Part shown: in pieces, positions 1-7,667 of the stretch | Position numbering within the stretch: the stretch's first letter is position 1 | How the letters are laid out: each line of letters begins with the position of its first letter | From: Nitrospinota bacterium | GTDB taxonomy: Bacteria > UBA8248 | Assembly (NCBI GenBank): GCA_030754595.1 | Contig: JASLZZ010000061.1 | Location: 1 to 17,254 of the forward strand | Reading direction: 5' to 3' | Length of the DNA: 17,254 nucleotides | Notes under the pieces: generated by a model | The model's database searches: none | What the model saw: the letters and a program-made list of their open reading frames with translations, nothing else | What the model was told of the DNA's origin: nothing | Program-made: the position numbers and the translations under genes

Positions 1-111
1 AGGCCGCACGGTTCACTGGGCTATCGGCCCCCAGCACCTGAAACGAAAGAACCATGGCCTCCGGGCTTCGCTCTGCTTCGCCCGTCGTCCATGGTTCCAG
101 AACCCTCGTAA
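1..111 (+). CDS. IS3-family transposase OrfB, C-terminal 36 aa (5' partial)
   Basis: Manual translation RPHGSLGYRPPAPETKEPWPPGFALLRPSSMVPEPS, TAA at 109-111. Not in the ORF track. Confidence 0.85.
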   Translation, partial: RPHGSLGYRPPAPETKEPWPPGFALLRPSSMVPEPS

Positions 112-140
112 CTAGTGGTACTACAAATGGGGGGAGGTCA
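1..140 (+). mobile_element. Right end of an IS3-family insertion sequence (IS407-like terminus), truncated by the window edge
   Basis: Frame +1 reads RPHGSLGYRPPAPE, the conserved C-terminal motif of IS3 OrfB transposases. The element ends ...GTGGTACTACAAATGGGGGGAGGTCA at 140; its reverse complement TGACCTCCCCCCATTTG has the 5'-TG...CA-3' end and resembles IS407-group ends. Composition turns abruptly AT-rich after 140. Confidence 0.85.
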
Positions 141-363
141 GTTTAGAGTAATTGACCTTAATATTGCATGCTTGGTCCCCTTAAGTTAAAATGGCCAATA
201 TGAAAAATAAAATTTATCAAATTATCCCAATAATAAAATACATTGAATGCCTTAAGCTCCGCAGGAGGGCGGCTGACCCTACCCCTTCAAAAAAAATGGA
301 CCCATCTCGTGCCCCGGCCGAAAGCGGCGCCGGGCCGATTCGGGTGTTGGGCTGTGTGAAAGA

Positions 364-1107
364 TCATTCCCGGTTCCGCGCCATGAGGTCTCCCCGGTAG
401 GCCTCGATTGGCTGGGGTGGAAGGTGGAACTTGCGGACCTTCGAGTGGCTGAGCCCCATCGCGGCGAGAGATTCCGCCGTCTTGACGGCGGCGACGACGG
501 GGTCGATCACGGGCACCCCCGAGGCCTCGGTCAGCTCGCGGTCGTAGTCGCAAAGGCCGGCGCAGGCGAGAATGATGACCTCGGCCTGATCCTCTTCGAC
601 GATCTTCTTGACCCGGGCGGTGAGGTCCCGCAGCGTGCGCTCCCGGTCGGTGGCCGCCTCCTCGACGTTGATGTTGATGGCGCGGACGGAGGCGCATTTG
701 GCCTCGAATCCGTAGAGGCGGACCAGATCCTGCTGGTAGGGGATGAACTGCTCGAGCATGGTTAGGGTCGAGAAGCGGTGCCCCAGCAGGCAGGCCATCG
801 CCATGCTGGCTTCGGAGATCGAGCACACCGGAATTTCGAGAATCTCCTTCAAGGCGTAAACGCCCACGTTGCCGAATCCGGCGAGGACGACGGCGTCCGG
901 CCGCCTGGCGTGGACGCGCTCGCGGACGGCTTCGATCATGTGGGGGGCGCTCATGTAGTCCCCGTAGGAGCAGTCGATGTTCCGGGCGCCCCCCGGCGAG
1001 GTCTGCTCGATGAACTCGGTGGAGGGGAGCGCGCAGCGACGGGCCGAGCGCATGATCACCCCGGTCACTATCTCGGAAGTGTTCGGATTGGCCACCAGAA
1101 TTTTCAT
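364..1107 (-). CDS. Asp/Glu/hydantoin racemase family protein (hydantoin/allantoin racemase-like), first catalytic Cys replaced by Gly
   Basis: N-terminal ILVANPNTS, central ISEASMAMACLLGHRFSTLT, C-terminal IILACAGL and GVPVIDPVVAAVK motifs; AGAGG-type RBS before the ATG. Confidence 0.9.
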   Translation of the reverse strand: MKILVANPNTSEIVTGVIMRSARRCALPSTEFIEQTSPGGARNIDCSYGDYMSAPHMIEAVRERVHARRPDAVVLAGFGNVGVYALKEILEIPVCSISEASMAMACLLGHRFSTLTMLEQFIPYQQDLVRLYGFEAKCASVRAININVEEAATDRERTLRDLTARVKKIVEEDQAEVIILACAGLCDYDRELTEASGVPVIDPVVAAVKTAESLAAMGLSHSKVRKFHLPPQPIEAYRGDLMARNRE

Positions 1108-1138
1108 GAGATTTTCCTCTTCATGAGACTTTCCTCTT
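1103..1138. repeat. Tandem 17-bp direct repeat duplicating the RBS and start codon of the racemase-like gene
   Basis: TTCATGAGATTTTCCTC (1103-1119) and TTCATGAGACTTTCCTC (1120-1136), one mismatch. Confidence 0.85.
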
Positions 1139-1436
1139 GTAAAGGGTTTTCCTTGAAATGGGATAGATAGACGGAATTCCGTCCGGCTCGCGGCGTGTGA
1201 ACGATATTCGCATCATAGGCGATTACGGTTCATGGCGTCGTCCTCGCTGGCGTCATCCGTCCCTGCGGGCGGCCACCTCGGCGGGGGGCTCCATTCTGGT
1301 TTACACATTCACGGCTCAAATTCCGGGGCGCGGACCTTAAATTTCTCTCGAATTTGCCTATACTATGGCTTCAGGAATTCAACCAAAACCGAAAGGCCGA
1401 ATTTTCCGGGACAGCCCCCGGCTAGGAGGGGCGGAA

Positions 1437-2408
1437 ATGAAAGCGGTTCGCGTGCACCGGTGGGGCCTTTTGGACCCCATGCGGGTGGATGAGGTGGAGG
1501 ACCCCTCGCCCGGGCCCGGGGAGCTTCTCGTCAAGGCCGCCGCCGCCGGGGTGAATCCGGTGGATCTCATCATCCGCCTCGGGGACAGGGCCCACCGGCG
1601 GGATTCTGATCTTCCCTATATTCCTGGGCACAACACGGCGGGCGAGGTCGCCGCCCTCGGCGAGGGGGTGGAGGGTTTCCGCGTGGGCCAGAGGGTTTTC
1701 GGCTTGGCCTTTGAAAGCTACGCCGGCCTCGTCCGGCTCAAGGCGGGATACGCCGCCGAGCTTCCCGAGGACTACAGCTATGAAGAGGGCGCAGGGATCA
1801 CCTCGCCGTTTTTCACGGCCTGGAACGCCCTGGTGTTCAAGGCGGGGGCGGGGCCGGGCGAGAGCGTCCTCGTTCACGGCGGGGCCGGCGGCGTCGGGAT
1901 GGCCGCGATTCAGCTGGCGAAGAGGCTGGGGTGCCGCGTCATCACCACGGTGAGCTCTGACGAGAAGGCGGTGTTTTGCAGGAGCCTTGGCGCCGACGAA
2001 ACGATCAACTACCGGGAGGAGGATTTTCCCGCGCGCTGCTTGGAGTTCACCGGCGGCCGGGGGGTGGATGTCGTCGTGGACGTTTCGGCCGTCGATAACT
2101 TCGATAAGGACCTCGACGCCATCGGGGTGCACGGGCGCATCGTCGTGCTGGGGGTCGGCATCGGGAAAAGCCCGCGGACGGAGTTTCGGGTCCCGGCGCT
2201 GATGGGCAAGGACGCCTCCGTGCACGGGATGGTGTTCGCCAATTTGTTTCAAAGGCTGCCCGAGCTGATCCGGCGCTTTGTCCCGCTGCTGCGCGAGGGG
2301 AATTTTAGAATCAACGTGGACCGCGTTTTTTCCGTGGAAGAGGCGAACGAGGCGCAGGAAGCGGTGAGGAGCGGGCAGGTGCTCGGAAAAGTGATCTTGA
2401 CGATTTAG
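1437..2408 (+). CDS. NADPH:quinone oxidoreductase, zinc-independent MDR (zeta-crystallin/Qor-like)
   Basis: MKAVRV start, AGVNPVD, PYIPG, VLVHGGAGGVG nucleotide-binding loop, C-terminal GKVILTI; no Zn-binding Cys cluster. Start moved to ATG 1437 because AGGAGG precedes it. Confidence 0.92.
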   Translation: MKAVRVHRWGLLDPMRVDEVEDPSPGPGELLVKAAAAGVNPVDLIIRLGDRAHRRDSDLPYIPGHNTAGEVAALGEGVEGFRVGQRVFGLAFESYAGLVRLKAGYAAELPEDYSYEEGAGITSPFFTAWNALVFKAGAGPGESVLVHGGAGGVGMAAIQLAKRLGCRVITTVSSDEKAVFCRSLGADETINYREEDFPARCLEFTGGRGVDVVVDVSAVDNFDKDLDAIGVHGRIVVLGVGIGKSPRTEFRVPALMGKDASVHGMVFANLFQRLPELIRRFVPLLREGNFRINVDRVFSVEEANEAQEAVRSGQVLGKVILTI

Positions 2409-2482
2409 GCGCCGGTTACCGGATTCTCCGTGGCAATCGCCACCGGGGGAATACGGCCTGGCAAAAAAGGGGAGGGGAAACG

Positions 2483-3682
2483 ATGACAAAGGGACTTATG
2501 GGCGTGGACTGGGAGGAGCGGATCGATTTTCCGCGCATGAGGCGCGAGCGCCTTCAAAAGGCGAAAGACGCGCTGGCCGCCTCGGATGTCGATGTGCTCT
2601 TCGTTTTCGCCACCGAGGACTCCCGCTATCTGACCAGCGCGCGGAGCCACCTCGGCCCGACCTACTCGAACAAGCTCACGACGGTGCTGGCGGAGGGCCA
2701 CGAACCCATCCTTTTCACGATGGACGATGAGTATTGCCGCGAGTCGATGACCTGGATGGATTCAGGACAGATTCAGGAGCGGGCGATACTGAACGAGCCC
2801 GCGGGGGTGCGGAAATGGGTGGACCTGCTGACCGGGCTCATCGGAGGCCTGGACGATAAAACCGTGGGCGTGGACGTGTGGGACCCGTTCCTGGAGGAGT
2901 GCCTAAAGGAGGCGCTGCCCAAGACCCGGTTCGTCAACGGCTATGCGGTGCTCAGCAAGGCGAAGATCATCAAGACCGAAGACGAGATCGCCTGCCTGAA
3001 GGTCGCCACCGTCATCACCGAGGCCGCCATGGACGCCGCCCAGGATTTCCTCAAGCCCGGCGTGCGCGAGTGCGAGGTGCTCGCGGCGGCCTGGCATAAG
3101 ATGACCGCCATGGGAAGCGAATGGACCCAGTGCGCGAACATCGTCTGCTCGGGCCCCTACACCGCACCCTACCGCCGCTTCACCTCCGATCGGTATATCT
3201 GCCGGGGCGACCCCGTCATCATCGATATCGGGGGCTGCTTCAACGGCTACTGGGGGGATTTCACGCGCACCGTCATCTGCGGAGACATCAAGCCGACGAG
3301 CGAGCAGATCGAGTGGCACATGAAGAGCTACAACTCGGTCTGGAACGCCTGCGCCGCCGCCCGGCCCGGCAACACCACTCTCGATGTCTATCAGGCCGCG
3401 GAGCCCTACGTTTTGAACAGCCTGGGCCACGGCTCGGGGACGAACCCCTGGGAGCCTCCCTTCTTCAGCCGGACGGCATACGACGCCCCCAAGCCCCTTG
3501 AGGCGGGGATGACCTTCAACCTCGAGCCCTACGCGGGCAAGAGAGGCGTCGGCGGGTTCCGGCTCGAAAACAACCTCGTCGTCACCGAGGAGGGCCCGGA
3601 CGTCTACACCCCCTATCCCTACGACGAGAGACTCGTCACCGACGTTCACCCGATGGACACCTCGACGGGCCGGATGCGGTAG
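2483..3682 (+). CDS. M24-family (Xaa-Pro peptidase/creatinase fold) metalloenzyme, paralog A
   Basis: Creatinase-type N-domain, IKTEDEI linker, metal ligands in IIDIGG, GYWGDFTRT, GHGSG, NLEPY, RLENN; GGGAGG RBS. Confidence 0.9.
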   Translation: MTKGLMGVDWEERIDFPRMRRERLQKAKDALAASDVDVLFVFATEDSRYLTSARSHLGPTYSNKLTTVLAEGHEPILFTMDDEYCRESMTWMDSGQIQERAILNEPAGVRKWVDLLTGLIGGLDDKTVGVDVWDPFLEECLKEALPKTRFVNGYAVLSKAKIIKTEDEIACLKVATVITEAAMDAAQDFLKPGVRECEVLAAAWHKMTAMGSEWTQCANIVCSGPYTAPYRRFTSDRYICRGDPVIIDIGGCFNGYWGDFTRTVICGDIKPTSEQIEWHMKSYNSVWNACAAARPGNTTLDVYQAAEPYVLNSLGHGSGTNPWEPPFFSRTAYDAPKPLEAGMTFNLEPYAGKRGVGGFRLENNLVVTEEGPDVYTPYPYDERLVTDVHPMDTSTGRMR

Positions 3683-3729
3683 CGGTAATCATACTGGCTT
3701 GAACGCATATATAGAGAGGAGCGGCGCGA

Positions 3730-4908
3730 ATGGTCGTCAAGGCAATACGAAAAAAGTCGTGGTTCGCCTATTTTCCCGGGGACTACAGGTGGTCCTTCAA
3801 CATCATCGCCGCCATGGCCGGCGCATCCTCGGGCGCCTCGGACATCGGCGAGATCGACCAGATCTGCCGACGCCTCGCACCAAAGGTCGGCGACGATGCG
3901 CTCTGGTTCCGCGAATGGAGCCGCGTGGCGGACCGTCTCCGCAAGAGCGGACTGGCCGAGGAGCGGAGGGGCCACGCCCTTTCGGCCGCCGCCTCCCACC
4001 GGCGCGCCTCGAACTATTACCAGATGGCCGACCGCTTCCGCTTTCCCAAGGACAAGGCGGCGCTCGGCGCGTACCGTCTCTCCATCGACTGCTTCAAGCG
4101 CTTCGCCCGGCTGACCGAGCGGCCCCGGATCGAGCCGGTGGACATTCCCTTCGAGGGCGGAAAAAAACTCGCCGCCTATTTCGTGCCCGCCGAGAACACG
4201 CGCCGGGCGAAGCCGCCCGTTGTTGTGCTCTACAACGGTTTCGACGGGACCAAGGAGATGAGCCTGAACTGGGCGGCGGACGCGTTCACCCGGCGCGGGA
4301 TGAGCTGCCTCATCGTGGACAGCCCGGGCGTCGGGGAGTCCATCCGCTTCAGGAAAATTCACCTGCGCCACGACTACGAGGTCGCAGGCGCGGCCGCGCT
4401 GGACTATCTCGAAAAGCGAAAGGACGCGAACGCCCGGCGGGCCGCCATAGTGGCGCCGAGTCTGGGGGGCTACTACGCGCCGAGGACGGCCAGCATGGAG
4501 CCCCGCTTCATGGCCTGCGTCGCCTGGGGGGCGATCTGGGATTATCACGCCACCTGGAGCCGGCGCATCAAGGCCGCCTTCCAGTCTCAACTTCCGGTGC
4601 CCGGGCATCATCTCACCTGGAGTTTCAACGTGAAGACGCTCGAGGAGGCGCTCGAGAAACTCGAGGGCTTCCGCCTCGACGGGGTGGTGCAGAAAATGAA
4701 ATGCCCGTTTCTCCTCGTCCACGGAATCGACGATCAGCAGATACCCATGAAGGACGCGCGCGCGCTGTTCCGGGCCGTGGGCTCGAAAGACAAGACGCTC
4801 AAGGTCTTCACCGGCCCCGACGGAGGCGCTCAGCACTGCCACATCGACTACATCTCCCCCGTGGTTCATTACATGGGGGACTGGCTCAAGGAAAAGCTCG
4901 GGGCCTGA
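3730..4908 (+). CDS. Alpha/beta hydrolase, 2,6-dihydroxypseudooxynicotine-hydrolase/FrsA-like family
   Basis: Helical N-domain, NGFDGTKE, DSPGVGES, nucleophile elbow APSLGGYYA, acid HGIDDQQIP, base GGAQHCH; GAGGAG RBS. Confidence 0.88.
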   Translation: MVVKAIRKKSWFAYFPGDYRWSFNIIAAMAGASSGASDIGEIDQICRRLAPKVGDDALWFREWSRVADRLRKSGLAEERRGHALSAAASHRRASNYYQMADRFRFPKDKAALGAYRLSIDCFKRFARLTERPRIEPVDIPFEGGKKLAAYFVPAENTRRAKPPVVVLYNGFDGTKEMSLNWAADAFTRRGMSCLIVDSPGVGESIRFRKIHLRHDYEVAGAAALDYLEKRKDANARRAAIVAPSLGGYYAPRTASMEPRFMACVAWGAIWDYHATWSRRIKAAFQSQLPVPGHHLTWSFNVKTLEEALEKLEGFRLDGVVQKMKCPFLLVHGIDDQQIPMKDARALFRAVGSKDKTLKVFTGPDGGAQHCHIDYISPVVHYMGDWLKEKLGA

Positions 4909-5009
4909 TCGGTTTTTTCCCCGATGAAGTATGATGGGGAATATTTTCATCAAGGTATTTATTGAACGGGAACCCTGAATTCGGCTGGTTTTGGGGGGGG
5001 AGGTCGGCG

Positions 5010-6314
5010 ATGACTAACGAATCGAACGCGGGGCTGGCTCCGGGGCGCGGCAAGCCCGGCAAGGAAATGCGAAAGGCGTAGGGGAAAGGCTTCAAGCTGC
5101 TCGGCCACTGCGACTTCGGGGGGCCGCACATGGGCGATGTGATGCAGATCCTCTTAAAGGATCACTACCTCCTCTGCGGCCACATCGGGCTCTCCCGCGC
5201 CGGCGTCAGCGTCCTCGACGTTTCCGACTCCCGGAACCCCCGCGTCGTGAATCAGATTCCCGCTCCCCCCAACACCCACAACACCAAGCTCCAAATCTCG
5301 GGCGACATCATGATCGTCAACAACGAGAAGCACGGCCTCGGGGTCCCGACCAAGGCGGGGGTCGATATTTACGACATCTCCCATCTGCCCGATCTGCGCC
5401 TCATCTCATTTTTTAACGTCGGCGGCACCGGATGCCACCGGATGTGGTTCATCGACGGGCGCTACGCCTTTCTGCCCGGCGATGACGAGGGATACTGCGA
5501 CCAGTTCCTGCGGATAGTCGATCTATCGGACCCCTCCCGGCCCGAGGAGGCGGGGCGCTGGTGGGTGCCCGGCATGCGAGACAGTGAGGAGCGCGAGTGG
5601 CGCCATATGCACACGCACAAAAAAGACAGGCGGGGTCAATACGTGGAAACCGAGGGCATCCCCCCCGGCGTCCAGCCCAAGCGGGTGGCCCTTCACACGC
5701 CCTACGCCTTCGGCGACCGCCTCTACAACGCCTGGTGGGATTCGGGGTTCATCATCCTCGACATCTCGGACATTTCGAACCCGAGATTTATCAGCAACCT
5801 CGAGCTCCTCCCCGAGGAGAGCGCCTCGACCCATTCGGTCCTCGTCCTTCCGGAGCGGAAGTTGTGCGTCGTCGTGGACGAGTTCGTCGCCTACGACTGC
5901 GAGGACATGCGCAAGCAGATACGGGTGGTCGATATCGCCGACGAGCGAAACCCGAAGGTGCTCTCCATGCTGCCCGTTCCCGAGGGGGATTTCGAGGAGC
6001 GCGGCGGCCGATTCGGCCCCCACAACCTGCACGAAAACCGGCCGGGCTCGCTCATCGACCAGGACCACGTTTATCAGTGCTACTTCAACGGCGGTCTTCG
6101 CGTCTACGACATCAAGGACCCGCTCAACCCCAGGGAGACCGCCCACTACGTCCCCGCCACCCCGAACCGCCCGCCCGTCCACATCGCGATGGGGGTTCAT
6201 GAATATGAAGTGGTCCAGACCCAGGTGGACGACATTTACGTCGCGGTCGACGGCCGCGTTTTCCTGAGCGAGCGCCTCGGCGGCGGGGTGTGGATTCTGG
6301 AGAAGGAGTTTTAG
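5010..6314 (+). CDS. LVIVD-repeat beta-propeller protein, 434 codons with an in-frame TAG at 5079-5081 (ORF track calls only 5130-6314)
   Basis: Repeated blades VSVLDVSDSRNP, LRIVDLSDPSRP, FIILDISDISNP, IRVVDIADERNP, LRVYDIKDPLNP. ATG 5010 has a GGAGGT RBS and is in frame; the family-typical start KLLGHCDFGG lies upstream of ATG 5130. Family call is firm, the start is inferred. Confidence 0.82.
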
Positions 6315-6518
6315 CCGGAAAAGATCCAGGAAGCGGCCTTGTCGTTTTCTGTGAAACAGATGCCTAATGATTCGTTTGAATATTCGGACAGGGCGGTATT
6401 AGCCACCCACACGATTTTAATTGAGTATTAAACTATAAGTATTTCGAGCGGGAGGAATTTCGCGGGATTGAATCGCCCCTGGGCAGCGATGTGAATTTGC
6501 TAATAATAAAAACAAATC

Positions 6519-7607
6519 ATGAATAATAAAAGCCGCGATCTTGTCCCTTTTGTAGTGGACCGCAATGACTGGGCGCTCGGGACCATGGCCAGCGAGATGG
6601 CCGAATCCCTCTCAGGCAGCCACGAATCGACAATCCTTTCCGAGGATGAAATCTCGAACAACCCCTATCGCGCCTGGCGCCTTTCGCGCGAAGCCAAGGT
6701 CATCCATTTTCTGGGTCAATATATCGCTAGCGGGTATGGCTGGCTGGGGATATGGCGGCGCTGCCTCGTCACCCTCGCCCATATCGAGAGCAGCCACATC
6801 GGTTTCATCAAGCGGCTGATCGGCATGGGATTCCGAAGATTCGTCGCGATGTCTGAAATGACCGCGGAGGAGGCGCGATTCGCCGGGATTGTAGTCCGGC
6901 ACGTTTGGCGGCCCGGTGTTCTGGTTCCCGAGGAGGTCGTGCGCCCCGGCGTCAACGACATTGATCCATCGCGAGACGCTGTTCCTGTCTTGGGTTTCAG
7001 TGGACGCATGATCCCCGCCAACCGAAACCGGAAGGGTTTGGACCTTTTCGAGTCCGTTGTCACTCGGGTATCCCGCCGGGCGGATATCAAATTGAGGCTG
7101 TGCGGAGAGGGCGGGACGCCGCTCCTCGAAAAGATGCGGGAAAACGGCGTCACCGCCGACCTGGTGGCCCCGGAAAAACGGGAAGAGGCCCTGGATTTTT
7201 ACCGGACAATCGACATTTACCTCTGCACCTCCCGGTTTGAGGGAGGGCCGTTGCCCGTCATCGAGGCGATGGCGGCGGGGTGCGTTGTCGTTTCCACCCG
7301 GGTCGGTTTTGTTCCCGAGGTTATCAACTCGGATGAGGTCGGAATTTTGTGCCCGGTGAATTTCGCCGAACCCTTCGAGGGCGCCCTGATGGACCTTATT
7401 CAAAATCCCCGAAAACGTATCGAGATGGGGAGCCGCGCCGCCGATCACATCAAACGCAATTGGGGTTGGGGGCATGATCGCGGCAGGATCATCACCGCCT
7501 ACGAAGCCGTTGCGCAGGACCCGCCCACCCCTATCGGATTTCAAATCCTCAGGGCCCTGTTGTCCTGCCTGGCCGGAATCATCTTCGCCGGATGGCGAAA
7601 ACGATAG
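6519..7607 (+). CDS. Glycosyltransferase, GT-B fold, family 4 type
   Basis: FSGR...RKGLD and DIYLCTSRFEGGPLPVIEAMAAGCVVVSTRVG (EX7E motif). Confidence 0.9.
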   Translation: MNNKSRDLVPFVVDRNDWALGTMASEMAESLSGSHESTILSEDEISNNPYRAWRLSREAKVIHFLGQYIASGYGWLGIWRRCLVTLAHIESSHIGFIKRLIGMGFRRFVAMSEMTAEEARFAGIVVRHVWRPGVLVPEEVVRPGVNDIDPSRDAVPVLGFSGRMIPANRNRKGLDLFESVVTRVSRRADIKLRLCGEGGTPLLEKMRENGVTADLVAPEKREEALDFYRTIDIYLCTSRFEGGPLPVIEAMAAGCVVVSTRVGFVPEVINSDEVGILCPVNFAEPFEGALMDLIQNPRKRIEMGSRAADHIKRNWGWGHDRGRIITAYEAVAQDPPTPIGFQILRALLSCLAGIIFAGWRKR

Positions 7608-7667
7608 TATCCGGAGAGAGAAGGTTGCACGGCCGTTTGGCGGAAAGGCCCGACCGGCGAATGATGG

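Noticed and set aside
298..345. GAAA-containing hairpin as a c-di-GMP riboswitch
   Set aside because: Lacks the GEMM consensus elements and lies downstream of a gene rather than in a leader.
191..400. 69-aa plus-strand ORF after the IS
   Set aside because: No RBS or recognisable motif; spans an AT-rich spacer and overlaps the racemase 3' end.
5082..5130. Shared PYLIS/SECIS-like hairpin downstream of the in-frame TAGs
   Set aside because: A weak CGGCC...GGCCG stem follows TAG 5079, but I found no comparable structure or sequence after 14603 or 16231.
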